From the human T2T-CHM13v2.0 reference genome, Homo sapiens: DNA of 64,000 bases. Positions within the stretch are counted from its first letter, which is position 1; each line of letters starts with the position of its first letter. A model generated the notes under the pieces. The model worked only from the letters and a program-made list of their open reading frames with translations. It made no database searches and had not been told where the DNA came from. A program made the translations under genes and the position numbers. Positions 20,293 to 39,441 of the stretch are shown here, one piece after another. The stretch lies in assembly GCF_009914755.1 (NCBI RefSeq), contig NC_060948.1. The stretch is one strand, 5' to 3'.

Positions 20293-22196
20293 GGCTCTCA
20301 GTCGCCACTGCCAGCTCGCCTACCTTGTTCTTCTGCCGCTCCTCTGTCCCACTCCTCTGTCCATCGCAGTAGAAGAAGAGATCGCTGCGCTCGTCATTGA
20401 CAATGGCTCTTGCATGTGCAAAGCTGGCTTTGCAGGGGACGATGCTCCCCAAGCCATGTTTCCCTCCACCGTTGGGTTCCCCGGACACCAGGGCGTGATG
20501 GTGGACATGGGCCAGAAGGACTCCTACGTGGGCAATGAAGCCCAGAGCAAGCGCAGCATTCTGACGCTGAAGTACCCCATCAAGCATGGCATCATCACCA
20601 ACTGGGACAACATGGAGAAGATCTGGCACCACTTCTACAATGAGCTGCATGGGGCCCCGGAGTAGCAGCCAGTGCTGCTGACCGAGGACCCACTGAACCC
20701 CAAGGACAACAGAGAGAAAATGACTCAGATTATGTTTGAGACCTTCAATACCCCGGCCATGTACGTGGCCATCCGGGATGTGCTGTCCCTCTATGCCTTT
20801 GGGCGCACCACTGGCATTGTCATGGACTGTGGACACAGGGTCACCCACACGGTGCCCATCTACGAGGGCTACTCCCTTCCCCATGCCATCCTGCATCTGG
20901 ACCTGACTGGCTGGGACTTGACTGAGTACCTCAAGAAGATCCTCAAGGAGAGAGGCTACAGCTTCACCAACACAGCCCAGCGGGAAATCATGCGCGATAT
21001 CAAGGAGAAGCTGTGCTAGGTCTCCCTGGACTTCAAGCAGGAGATGGCCACCCCTGCATCCTCCTCTTCTCTGGAGAAGAGCTATGAACTGCCCGATGGC
21101 CAGGTCATCACCATTGGCAATGAGTGGTTCTGGTGTCCGGAGGTGCTGTTCCAGCCTTCCTTCCCGTGCATGGAATCTTGCCGCATCCACCAGACCACCA
21201 TCAACTCCATCAAGAAGTGTGACGTGGACATCCGCAAAGACCTATACACCAATACGGTACTATCCGGTGGCACCACCATGTATCCAGGCATTGCTGACAG
21301 GATGCAGAAGGAGATCACTGCCTTGGCGCCCAGCACCATGAAGATTAAGATCATTGCACCCCCAGAGCGCAAGTTCTCAGTGTGGATCGGTTGCTCCATC
21401 CTGAACTCACTGGTCACCTTCCAGCAGACATGGATTAGCAAGCAGGAGTATGATGAGTCAGGCCCCTACATCGTCCACCACAAATGCTTCTAAATGGAAC
21501 GAGCAGATGTGTAGCATTTGCTGCATGGGTTAATTCAGAAGCATAAATTTGCCCTTGGCAAATGCATACACCTCATGCTAACCTCATGAAACTGGAATAA
21601 GCCTTTGAAAAGAAATTGTCCTTGAAGCTTGTATCTGACGTCAGCACTGGATTTTTTGACCTTGTATTCAAGTTAACTGTTCCCCTCGGTATTCGTTTAA
21701 TACTGTGTACATATCTTTGAGTTCAATCTTTAGTGCACGTGGCTTGGTCACTTCGTGACTGAGGTAAGAACGTGCTTGTGGAAGACAAGTCTGTGGCTTG
21801 GTGAGTGTGCATGGCCAGCAGTCTCTGATCTGTGCAGGGTATTAATGTGTCAGGGCTGACTGCGCTGGGATTTCTCTAGAGGCTGGCAAGTGCTCCTGAA
21901 CCAGTTGCGTCTGCCCTGCCTGTCTGTTAGGGCTGGAAAGTCCAAACCACAGGACACAGTTTCCTTTCTTAGCTGATGTTTTTTGCCAGAACACCGTAGG
22001 CTGTCACTTGCCTTGAGTTGGAAGCAGTTTGCATTTACACCTGTAAATGTATTCATCCTTTTAATTTATGTAAGGTTTTTTGTATGAAATTCTTGATTCT
22101 TTAAAGAAATGACAACAAATTTTTGTTTTCTACTGTTATGTGAGAACATTAGGCCTCAGCAACATATCATTGTGTAAGGAAAAATAAAAGTGCTGC

Positions 22197-22228
<32 letters not shown>
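20293..22228 (+). pseudogene. ACTG1: Processed gamma-actin pseudogene (ACTG1P2/ACTG1P11-type Y copy), full-length mRNA copy; decayed CDS 20369-21493
   Basis: Intronless actin with [11 protein letters not shown]-terminus (gamma type) and ACTG1-like 5'/3' UTRs; start codon ATG->GTA (20369); TAG stops at 20663 and 21017; one codon lost (HHTFYN->HHFYN); AATAAA 22183-22188; poly-A 22198-22228; TSD aagaa(t/g)caaactct at 20279-20292 and 22227-22240. Confidence 0.97.
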
Positions 22229-22230
<2 letters not shown>

Positions 22231-23385
22231 AGCAAACTCTCAAAGGTTGAGAAATAAAGAAAATTCTAAAAGCACTAAGGGAAAATAAACAAAAAATGGA
22301 GGAGCTTGAAATCATTCGGCAAAAGACTTGTCAACAATAGGTTTTTAAGGAAGACACAGTATTAGAAGACATAAATTGTGACGTCAAAAACATAATTGGA
22401 ACAGAGGGTAAATGTCTAGAGTTTTTATGTGACAAATGTTGTCAGCTTAAACTAGTTGATTATTAACTATAAGATGTTTTCTCTGAGCCTTTGATGACCA
22501 TCAAAAACTACAGCAGCAACACTAATGATAAAAACAAATGAATCAAAGCTTATCACTACTGAAAATATTTAAATGCTAAACATTTAAAAGCATTCATGGG
22601 AGGAAGAAAGGAAAAAATGATGTATGACTCAATCAGAAACAACTAACAAGATAACAGTAGTAAGAACTTATCAATAATTATCTAGAATGTAAATGAATTA
22701 AATTATGCAATTAAAAGACGTGGAGTGACCAAATGGATTTTAAAAATGGGATTCAACTACATGTTACCTATGAGACCCACCTAATCTTTAAGGACAAACA
22801 GGCTGAAAGTGAAGGAATAGAAGAAGATACCTCTATGCAAATGGTAATAAAAAATTAGGAGTGGCTATACTCCTATCTATAAAAGAGATTTCAATTCAAA
22901 ACCTGTCATAAGACCAAGAAGGTCATCATTTAATAATAAAGCAATCAATTTATCAACAGGATATAACAATTATATATATACATCTGCACTCAACAATGGA
23001 GCACCTAAATATTTAAAGCAAATATAAATAGAAATGAAGAAAAAAATGGCAATAAAATAATTGTAGGAAATTTCAGTACCTCAATTACAACAAGGAATAG
23101 ATAAACTCGACAGAAACTTAATAAGAAAATGCCAGACTGGAATTCTAGTTTTAACTAAATGAACCCAACAGACATATACAGAACTTTTCATAGTGTACAG
23201 CCGAATATATATTTTGCTGTAACACACATGGAAGATTCTCTAAAATAGACCACATACTAGGCCATAAACAAGTCTTAACAAAGTAAGATTGCTAAAAGCA
23301 TATTTAATATTTTTTCAGACCATCATGGTAGCAAACCAAAGATCAGTAAGAGGAGAAATCTTGAAAAAAAGTCACAAATACTGAA

Positions 23386-23682
23386 CTTTTTTTTTTTTTT
23401 TTGAGACAGAGTCTCGCTCTGTTGCCCAGAATGCAGCACAGTGGCACAATCTCGGCTCACCGCAAGCTCCGCCTCCCAGGTTCATGACATTCTCCTCCCC
23501 CAGCCTCCCAAGTAGCTGGCACTGGAGGTGCCCATCACCACGCCTAGCTAATTTTTCATATTTTTAGTAGAGACAGGGTTTCACCGTGTTAGTCAGGATG
23601 GTCTCGATCTCCTGACCTCATGATCCGCCCGCCTCGGCCTCCCAAAGTGCTGAGATTACAGGCGTGAGCCACCGCCCCTCAG
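23386..23682 (-). mobile_element. AluY-like
   Basis: Antisense Alu with the AluY-type gcaagctccgcctcc motif and retained CpGs. Confidence 0.9.
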
Positions 23683-25054
23683 CCTATATGAACATTTTTA
23701 AAACACTGCTCTTAAGTAATGAATTGATGAAACGAAATATAAAAAGAAAAATTCATAAATATCTTCAGATAAATAATAGTGGAAACACAACACACCTAAA
23801 CCTATGGTGTGCAGTGAAGCAGCATTATGATGCAAGATTACAGCAATAAATCCACACATTAAACAAATAAAGATACCAAATAAGCAACATCTCATTGTAT
23901 CTAAGAAACTGGAAGGAAAAACAATTAAATTCAAAGTTAGCACAATGAATAAAATAACAATTAAAACAGAAACAAATCAAATAGGGAACATAAACATCTG
24001 ATGACAAAAAATAAAAAATAAAAGGCAGCCAAATTTTATAGCAATAAGTAAAGTATTCTCTCTTTGCAGATGACAATCTCCTATATGTAAAAACAGCTCA
24101 AATATTCTATTTAAGAAAGTGTTAGAACCAATGAACAGATTTGGTAATGTCATTGTACAAATAATTACCTAACTGAAAAAGAATTCAAGAAACTCGTCTG
24201 ACTTATAAGCATATCAAAGAAATTAAATACTTAAAAAAAAGGTAACCAGAAAGTAACAGATCTCTCCATTGAAAACTATGAGACATTGATAAAATCAATT
24301 TAAGAAGACAAAAATAATTGGAAAGATTGTCTATGCTTATGGATTGGGAGAATTAATATTGTTAAAGTATTTATAGCATCAAAAGCAATACACAGATTCA
24401 ATGCTATTCAATCAAAATTTCAATAGCATTCTTCACAGAAATAGAAAACAAAATATAAAACTTGTATAGCTATATAGAGAGCCATAAATTGTGAAAACAT
24501 TGTTGAGAAAGAAAAAAGAAGTAGGAAGAACCACACCACCTTATTTGAAATTGGCATGAACACAGAAACATAGCCAAATGAGCAGAACAGAGAATCGAGA
24601 AATACATCCAAGCATATATAGTCAATTAGTTTTTGAAATCTGCAGCAAAATGATAACATGAGAAGAAGATCATCTTTACTATGAGTAGTGCTGGGAGAAC
24701 TAGATTTCCACATGCAGAAGAACAAAATTGGATTCACATTTTACATCATACACAAAAATCAACTGAAGATGAGTTGGAAAATCCTAAATGTAAGACTGCA
24801 ACCTCTAAAACATCTAGAAGAGAACATAGAAAAAAGCTCATGAGTGATGGCCTCGGTAATAATTATTTTGAATATCATATTAAAAACTCAGTCCACATAA
24901 AGAAAAACAAATGAGCAAGACTACATCAAATGAAAAACTTTTGCACAGTAAAGGAACCAATCGACCGAATACAATAGCCAAAATATTGGGGAAAATATTT
25001 TCAAGCTATGTATCTGATGATGGGTTAAGATCTAAAATTTATGAAGGACTTGTA

Positions 25055-25635
25055 TGTGGGAAAGAAAGTTTCTGGGGTGCCAGTTGATTTTATCTGCCCC
25101 GTGTGAGACACCCATGGGGAGCCATGGGCGGCTTCTGAGGAGCAAATCTCCGTATTGCCTTCATGTCTTTATTGCTGAGAGCACAACGGCGCAGTGCATT
25201 CCACTGGTTGCTCAGGGAGATAAAACTCCCTTGAAGCAGTGGAGTATAATCAAACCTCTTGGCTTTTCGTGAAACCTGCTCCCACCCGTTTCAGTCCTAA
25301 TAAATTAGAGATCTTAAGTAGTTTAGACACACGCCTTTGCTCAAGGGAATTCACAGAAACCGCCAGTGCTATAAGAATTCAATGACTCACCAGTTCTCCT
25401 TCACGGATTAATCCTTTTCCTCATTCCTTCCTCCCCCTCCCATCTACCCTAAGAACAAAGAGCTTGTAAACCATTTAATTAGGTGGAGCCTGACAACTGT
25501 GGGCCATGAGCAACCCTCCGATGCTCGGGCCCCCTGGACCCGCCTTTTAAGTGCTTATTCTCTCTCTTTCTAACTCCTTTGTCTCCCCCAGACTCAAAGT
25601 ACCTGCCGGGTGTTGTGCGACTGTTTTCCCCAACA
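25055..25635 (+). mobile_element. Solo LTR14B-type (HERV-K14/HML-1) LTR
   Basis: TGTGGGAAAG...CCCCAACA termini; 5-bp TSD ttgta at 25050-25054 and 25636-25640; similar to the inverted copy at 33091-33675. Confidence 0.88.
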
Positions 25636-26224
25636 TTGTACAACTCAACAGCAGCAAAACAAATAAACATATTAAAAGCTGAGCAAAAGCTCTGAATTGA
25701 CATTTCTCCAAGGAACATATAAAAATGGGCAACAGGTATTTGAAACATTCAAAATCATTAATCATCAGAAAAAATTTAAATCAAAGGTACTTTGAGGCGT
25801 TACATAACTCACATCAGGAAAGCTATTATTAAAAACTCAAAAGATCACAAAGGTTGGCTAGGATGTACAGAAAATGAAACTCATGTAGAGTGTTGCTGGT
25901 AATGGGTAGCAGTTATAAAAGTTGGTATGGAGGTTTCTGGAAAATTAAAAATAAAACTACCTTATGTCTCAACAACTCTTCCTTTAGACATATAACCAAA
26001 GGAAATCCCTAACTCATGGAGATATTTGCACTCTCATGTTCATCGCAGCATTATTAATAATAGCTGAAATATGGAAAAAGCCTTATTGTCCAGTACAAAG
26101 AAATATTACTTAGCCCTAAACAAGAATGAGATCTTGCCATTTGCCAAACCATGGAGGAGCTTGGAGGAAACTATGCTAAGTGAAATAAACCAGACACAGA
26201 AAGAAAAATATTTATAATCACATA

Positions 26225-26442
26225 TATGCAACAGAAGGGAGGGTGGTGCCAGGCTTTTTTTTTTAATGAGTTCTCAAAAGCTAATAAAAAAAAGATCTCC
26301 CTCCTTATCACAAGAATGACACCAAGCTTTTCACAAAGTATCCACCCCCATGACCCGAGCATCTCCCACTCAACCTCACCTCCAACACTGGGGATCAAAT
26401 TTCAGCATAAAGTTTGTAAAGGCAAATATCCAAACTATAGCA
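26225..26442 (+). mobile_element. MaLR LTR fragment (MST/MLT1A-like)
   Basis: cacctccaacactggggatcaaatttcagcat...atatccaaactatagca 3' terminus. Confidence 0.75.
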
Positions 26443-26561
26443 GTAACTATGTGAGATTAGAAATATGTTAATTTGTTCCAGTATAGTAGCCTTGAAATAT
26501 CAATATGTATCCCATAGCATATGTCGTACACATGAAATGAACATAATAGGATGCATTTTTA

Positions 26562-32753
<6,192 letters not shown>

Positions 32754-33090
32754 AGGAAAAAATAGGATGCATTTTTAAAGGTATTTTTTTTTTTTTTTGA
32801 GACGGAGACTCATTCTGTCACCCAGGCTGGAGTGCAGTCGTGTGGAGAGTGCTTCCTCCACACACTTCCCCGTCCCTTTCAATCAGCTGGCTGTGAGATC
32901 ATTGAAACCAGAGATCTGAGGCTCAGGACAGGCCCAAGCAGGGTTGTGTCTGCCTGTCTGCATTTCAGGGTCACTGTATGGTAGGTTCAGTTCTTTGCTA
33001 GAGAAAAGGCTATTGTGTTACCAGAGGAGGGCTTGTTGAGTTGATTCGAGAGACAATACAAGCATCAATATTTGGAATGTCCGAGGTTAG

Positions 33091-33675
33091 TGTTGGGGAA
33101 ACCAGTCCCACACCACCCAGTGGGTACCCTGAGTCTGGAGGAGACAAAGGAATTAGAAAGAGAGAGAATAAACATTTAAAAGGTGCATCTAGAGGACCAG
33201 AGCATTGAAGGCTTGCTCATGGCCCATTGCTCTTGGGCTTCACCCAATTTATTGGTTTACAAGCTCTTTGTTCTCAGGGCAGCTGGGAGGGGGAGAAATG
33301 GATGAGGAAAAGGATTAATCAGAGAAGGAGAACTCCTGAGCCATTCAGTAAGATGTTTGGCACTGGCGGTTTCTGTGAATTTCCTTGAGCAAAAGTGTGT
33401 GTCTAACCTACTTAAGATCTGTAACTTATCGGGACTGAAACGGGTGGGAGCTGGTTTCAGGAGGAGCCAAGATGTTTGATTATACTCCATTGCTTCAAGG
33501 GAGTGTTATCTCCCTGAGCAACCTGTGGAATACTGCTGAGCAGTTATGCACTCGGGGCATAAATACGTGAAGGCAATAAGGAGACTTTTCTACTCAGAGG
33601 CTGCCCATGGCTCCCCATGGGTTTCTCACACAGGGGTGACCAACTCAACTGGCACCCCAGAAACTCTCTTTTCCA
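33091..33675 (-). mobile_element. Solo LTR14B-type (HERV-K14/HML-1) LTR
   Basis: Reverse complement of the 25055-25635 element; 5-bp TSD gttag at 33086-33090 and 33676-33680. Confidence 0.88.
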
Positions 33676-33851
33676 GTTAGTAATTATGGGTATTTGGTTT
33701 GGACCAAAGACAGGATAAGAGATAAACAAAGAATATTGGGGTGGCCCTGTGGTGACAGCATTTTCCAGACAGCAGGCCTGCTTTACCTGCTGGGAAGAAG
33801 GCTGGGCCTCAGAGTCCCACAAAACTTCTTCTTCCATCTGATCTCTTTTAG

Positions 33852-33955
33852 AGGGACATGAATAAAATGGGCCTCCACAGTCCCAAGACAACACTCAAGG
33901 ACTTGGGCTTGGACTTTCCTGGAGACAAGACAATTTGAATGGCACTGACTGCCAG
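33852..33955 (+). pseudogene. PRY: PRY exon (first coding)
   Basis: ttttag| acceptor, MNKMGL from 33858, SWRQDNLNGTDCQ in a shifted frame, |gtact donor. Confidence 0.85.
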
Positions 33956-34574
33956 GTACTGTCATCCCATGGGCCACGAGACCATTTCGCCTGTTCAGTT
34001 CCCCTCTACTCTTTATGGGTGACTAGGGCATGGAATGGGTGTCGAGATGACAGGGCTCTGTCTCTGGGATAAGGACAGACCCCAGGGAAGGGGAAGCCAC
34101 CAGCCAGGAGCCCAGGCCAGGGGCCAGGTTTGGGGAGCAGTTTTCTCTGATCGTATGCTTACTCCTGCAGCCTGACTCATCACCTGAATTTATGTCTATT
34201 TTGGAGAATGGAGAAAACAGACTTAGAAAAAGACACTTGTGGGCCTGTCACCTAAAGACAAACCCAGCTGTAATTCTGGTGTGTTTATTTTTAGCTTTTT
34301 TTTTGGTTTCTCTTTTCTCATGTTTCTGCTTCATATCAGTACTTTTTTGAGCACACTCCCTGCACTCTGTGATCTTCCTTTGATGAGGAGGATCCTTTAA
34401 GATAAGAAAAGTGAAGGCTGGCCAGCTGTGGATCTGGTCTACATTTGGGGCTGGCCTATGTCTTGTCTGGCCTTCACATCGTGTGTACTTTTTCTCCTCC
34501 TTTCCACCTACCATTAGGATATTATCATCTTTCTTGGCACCTCTTTTGCCTGCTTATATTTAGATCCTGCACTG

Positions 34575-34745
34575 CCCAAGTGTGTGACCCTTGGTGGGTT
34601 CACGTGACTTCTCACCTCTAAAATAGGGATGGTGCCAGGACCTGCCATGGGGATTGTTGCAAAGATTAAGTGGGGGTGGTTATCAAAAGCCTAAGAGTAC
34701 CATTGAGACACAGTGAGCATACATGAAATACCAACTGTTTATTAT
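34575..34745. mobile_element. MIR
   Basis: gtgtgacccttgg...ctctaaaatagggatgg...ggattgttgcaaagattaag core. Confidence 0.65.
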
Positions 34746-36463
34746 CAAGTGCTGCCTAATTGTTCTTTAGGATCAACCATTGTTTATTCACGTAACTATC
34801 AAGCTCTTGTTAATCGTTTTCCTATTTTCAATACTGGAGAACAATACTTCATTGAAAGTCATAGTAAATAAAGTGCTAATGTATTATCAGTTTCAAGTAA
34901 TAGGCTTTATTAAGTGCCTCAAGGGCGCCAGGTCAATGAGAGCCTGACCCAAGTGTTTGCAGCCACAGAGAAAATGGGAAAGGCATTGCAATTTGTGATA
35001 TCCTGGGATCCACAGCCACGAGTGGTCAAATTGAAACAGGAAACCTCATTCCTCAGCTTGGCTTCAGTTTCTTTCCAAGTCCTACTGCTCTGGCCTGAGA
35101 GAGCCTCTGCCCATCAAAATATCGTGTTCTTTGTGTCCCCCAGGCCACTGTAGGGTAGTGAGATATACCAGTAGGGGCCCACCCATGATGTTGCCACCCT
35201 CCCTCTCATCTTTCTTGCTCCTTTCCTCTGCCCTCTGGCTGCTTACAGTAACATGCTGGACCACTCCATGGCTGCACCTGAGTCGTGGCTGATGCCACTA
35301 GCACTGGCATCCTCTAAGGAAATTTCCTTCCAGACTGGGAAGTTGGTCTAAAGTTAGGGGCTGGACTTCATGATGCACACTGCAGACACCTCTGTGGTTG
35401 TGTCTATTGATACCCTTGGTGATGTCTACATGTGGATCTGCTTTGGACAGATCTTGAGTTTTTCAGCTGTATCTGGTGATTACTTGGGTCTCATTTGAGG
35501 GAGTGGAAGTGTGGGTAGAGCCAGGATTTTCTGCTGGAATCTGTGGTGCTTCATTAGACTTGGAACCAGGACAGCTGGAACAGAGACTATTCCTAGAGTC
35601 TCTGATACCATATATTATTTCTCATATATTTTATTTTGAAAATAAAAAATATATGCACATGACTGAAAAATACAGAGGTGAGGCAAGAGTTACACAGAAG
35701 GAGCTGCCACCATGTGCACCTCACCCTAGTCCCCTGAACTACCTGTTAACAACCAGGTACAACAGAGGAAGACTGAGTTTCTTAGACTCCCACCTTTCCT
35801 CCACCCTCAGCCAATGGTAGGAATATGATGATTTTAGTTTCTTTCTTAGTTATCATTGACGTTGTAAGTAACTGTAGAGTATAAATATTTAGATATACAT
35901 CTTGTTGATCCAATACAATAGAATCTTGTGACTTTCCTCTTGTAGGAAGTATATTAGTACTGTGAATTCCCATACATGTCTTGGTATTCTATGGGTATAC
36001 ACATATTTTTTCTTTAGCTTTCTATTTTCTTGGAGTTTCTATTGCCTTTTCTTCTTTCTATTTAAAATTAAATTGTCTCCTTTTATCACATCCTTAATAT
36101 CTTCCCTCATTTCTAACCTCCCATCTGAAAAGTCACTGCTGGATGCCTTCCTTTTTCCTGTTCCCACCCAACCAATATCTCTCTAGGCCTGGGATTGAGC
36201 TGTCATTCCAAGGGCTTTCATAACTGCCTCCCTGGGTTTTTACATGTCAAATGCTATTTCACTACTGCAAATCTGGGACTAATCTCCCAGAGAGCTAACC
36301 ACTTTTCTTGTGGTTTATTTTTTTAATTGTGTATGGTTTTGAAATAATTTTTAGATTCTGTCTTCCATTTTTTTTCAGACTTACACATTTTAAGAGAATT
36401 TCAAACTGTTTTTCCTAATCTCTAAATTTTCTTATTATCTTCCTAAATTTTGTTACTTTCTAT

Positions 36464-36579
36464 GGATGCAATATTTTCTACTTCTCCGAGACTATAGGGA
36501 GCATGCATTCTGAACTCTGCTTGAGCAGAGGTCATGGGGCCAGAAGGAAAAAGGAACTTAAAGACTCATTTCTCTGGAG
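36464..36579 (+). pseudogene. PRY: PRY exon (second coding), mutated acceptor
   Basis: 116 nt open frame GCNIFYFSET...KDSFLW, donor gtgagt, preceded by ctttctAT instead of AG. Confidence 0.88.
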
Positions 36580-36604
36580 GTGAGTTGTCTGTTTTACCTT
36601 ACTT

Positions 36605-36638
<34 letters not shown>

Positions 36639-37309
36639 ATTTTTTAAAACCGTCGAACACTCATGTTTGCCTGTGCAATTAGTAATAAGGCTGAAATGAG
36701 GATGGTCACAGGTTCATTTCACATTGGGACAAGAGGAACTGGCCTTCAAATCAGGGTTCTACACATGGGAAGAAAGATTTCCACTGGGAATCCCTAAGCT
36801 TCCTTGTTTCCTCTGCAGAAACTTTCACCTTCAGTTGTCCTTCTGCTGCCTTGGCATGGTGATGCTCTTCCTCCACTTGCCACCTGAACACACAACTTTG
36901 GACATTGTGCTCATGGCTTTTCCCTTCTCTTTGTCTTGAAGAGAGACAATGCAACCCATTTCTCTACTGTGATGGAACCAGAATGTTCATATTAGAACTG
37001 GAAGATGATGTCCTCTACAGCATAGGGCACATAAGCTTCCGCATGAAAGAGGAAATACCAGAAAATAGACACAAGGACAGGAAGATCACTTTGAACTATA
37101 AAGGTCCTCAGGGGCAACTGGGTACTGTGTTAGGTGGTCACTCTTCTGTGCAGAAGGAAGGACTGTGTGAGCCTTTCCCTCAGGCCTGTTCTGTGTCTGA
37201 GCTCAGGGCCAACTTAATTCTCATTATACAGCCTCATAGATTAGGAAAAGAAAAGAATCTGCCTTCTCAGGCCTCCTGCCCATTCATATTCTGAGCTGCG
37301 GATCGTGAT

Positions 37310-37900
37310 TCCTTATTTAAAAACAGCTTCATTGACGTGTGATCAGCATATGGTAAACTGCACATGTGCAGAAAGGAGAACTGATGGTTTTCTCCATGTG
37401 AGTATTTCATTCACCACAAGGCCAGAAGTGCTATGAAGGTCATGAAAACGTACCTTCCTCCTGGCAATAATGATCTCTCCCTGGCCAATCTAGTACCACA
37501 GATCTGCTTCTTTCACTAAAATTTAGTGGTATTTTATAGAATTACATGTAAATACAGTATGTACTTGGATCTTTGTGCATCGTTCTGATCTGGGTTCTTT
37601 TATTCGGCAGAACTACTTTCAGAGTCACTCTGTTCTGATTGCATCAACAGTCCATTCCTTTTTATGCCGAGCCACACACCATGGTGTGGATGTGCCACAG
37701 CTTGTTCACCCTTCTTTTGTGTATGGGCATTTGGGGTTCCTGGTTTGGGAACATTGTGTATAAGGATGTCATGAATATTTATTTATGTATATAGCCTGTA
37801 AACTCGCCTTCATTTCTCATCATTCATTCCTAGGAGGGCAGTGGCCACATCATGTCATGGTAGGTCTGCATCGACCTTGCTAAGGAACCACTGTGCCTTG
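37310..37900 (-). mobile_element. Old L1ME-like 3' fragment
   Basis: Antisense L1 3' motifs (tccattcctttttatg, ggcatttggggttcc). Confidence 0.55.
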
Positions 37901-39094
37901 TGCTAAGTGTTTTGTCCATTCCCTGCTTTCTGTCTTGCTCCGTCTGATTTAGTCATACTAACCTCTTGTCTCCTTCATCCTCAAGGGCAATAACTTCTTA
38001 GCATACCACCCTTCCTTTACACTTGGAATCACCAGCTCCTTCTCTATATGCTGGCTTTGATTCCCTCACTAAAGTTGCCTTCTGTGACCCATGTGTAACA
38101 CATTGCCCTCAAAACATCCTATGTATGAGAAGGTTTTGGGATAAGAGACTGTTCCTGATGAGTATCAAGTACCTACAATGGCTCTGAATGGAAGAAAGAT
38201 GACTGGTTGTGTCTTGTCACCCATTGTCCCTGGAGCTCATCTCGATTGATAGAAAGAAGACTGGGTGTGGCCTGGACATACATTCAAGTGACTCACAAAC
38301 TTTTTCTAAATGACAACTGGAGACCTGGCTGGGGGCTGGAACCTGAAGTTACTTGGAAGTGGTGTGATTGAAAGTGAGTCACTCAATCACCTGATCTTGG
38401 CCCTTTTCTCTACATGTGGGATTACCCATACCTGGCAGAGTCACTGTGAGTTCACCTGAGCAAGTCACCTGCACGTGGCGGTGCTCAGAAAATGTTAATT
38501 TCCCTTTACTTAAGTGGAATGACACATGGATATTATATGCTGAGGTCTGGATTACAATAGAGCAAGATGCAGAAGACCTTGTAAACCCTGAGGAGACATC
38601 ACTGATCACTGGGTGTCTGGATAGGCAGCATAGAAAAAGTGACCTGGAGCTGGAAATGGCCAGACGGTGTCTTACAGTTATCTAAACAGGCATGAGTGGG
38701 GCAGGAGAGGGATTACCACTTTATACCCACTAGAATGTCTTTTTTGTTTTTTGTTTTTGAAAAATGGAAAGTTGGAGAGTTTCTGCAGCAAATGGAACAC
38801 TTGTGCATTGCTGGTGAGAATGTGAAGCGGTGGTGAGGGTTGCACAATAACATAAACATACTTACAAATATTTAGATACATGCACAAATGTTTAGATTGG
38901 TAAATTTTATGTTATATTACTTTTACCACATACAATAAAGGCTTCCTGAGAACTGATCCTGAAATAGTTCCACGTGGAACAAAACAAGATCCTTCTGTCC
39001 CAGAGTGAGTAGGAGCCTTTTATTTTCTTGAAATGGAGTCTTGCTCTGTGGCACAGGCTGGAGTGCAGTGGTGTGGTCTCTGCTCACTGCAGAG

Positions 39095-39441
39095 CTTTGA
39101 CTGTGGCCCCAACCAGCTAGTGAGACTCACATTTATTTGGTAAAGAATAATTGACCAAGGCTCAAGTCAACACCACTAAAGGGTAATTGACAGTGTGGAA
39201 TTCCCAATTAGAAAGCAATTTAGCACTGTACTAAGTCAACCATTAATCTTAGGACCGTATGAGTAAGCAAGCTAGTTAGATAAACACCCCACTTTAGTGT
39301 GTTTCTACTCTAACTTACTTAACTAAAGGGAAAAGGCCATTTTCAGCCAAGTTTATTACTGGAGCTTATGTCAACTCCCTAGGCCTTGCAAGAAGGTTTG
39401 TATCTGCTAATTTTCCCCACCATCTTGACTGAACCCCAACA
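39095..39441 (-). mobile_element. LTR22-type (HERV-K22/HML-5) LTR, truncated
   Basis: Terminus reads TGTTGGGGTTCAGTCAAGATGGTGGGGAAAA on the minus strand; the other end abuts an Alu fragment. Confidence 0.65.

Noticed and set aside
20169-20372. ORF fusing an L1 ORF1 remnant to the actin 5' UTR
   Set aside because: Chance read-through at the insertion site; it stops before the actin frame and is out of phase with it
20219-21190. 323-aa minus-strand ORF, the longest in the window
   Set aside because: Antisense shadow of the GC3-biased actin coding sequence; no independent gene signals
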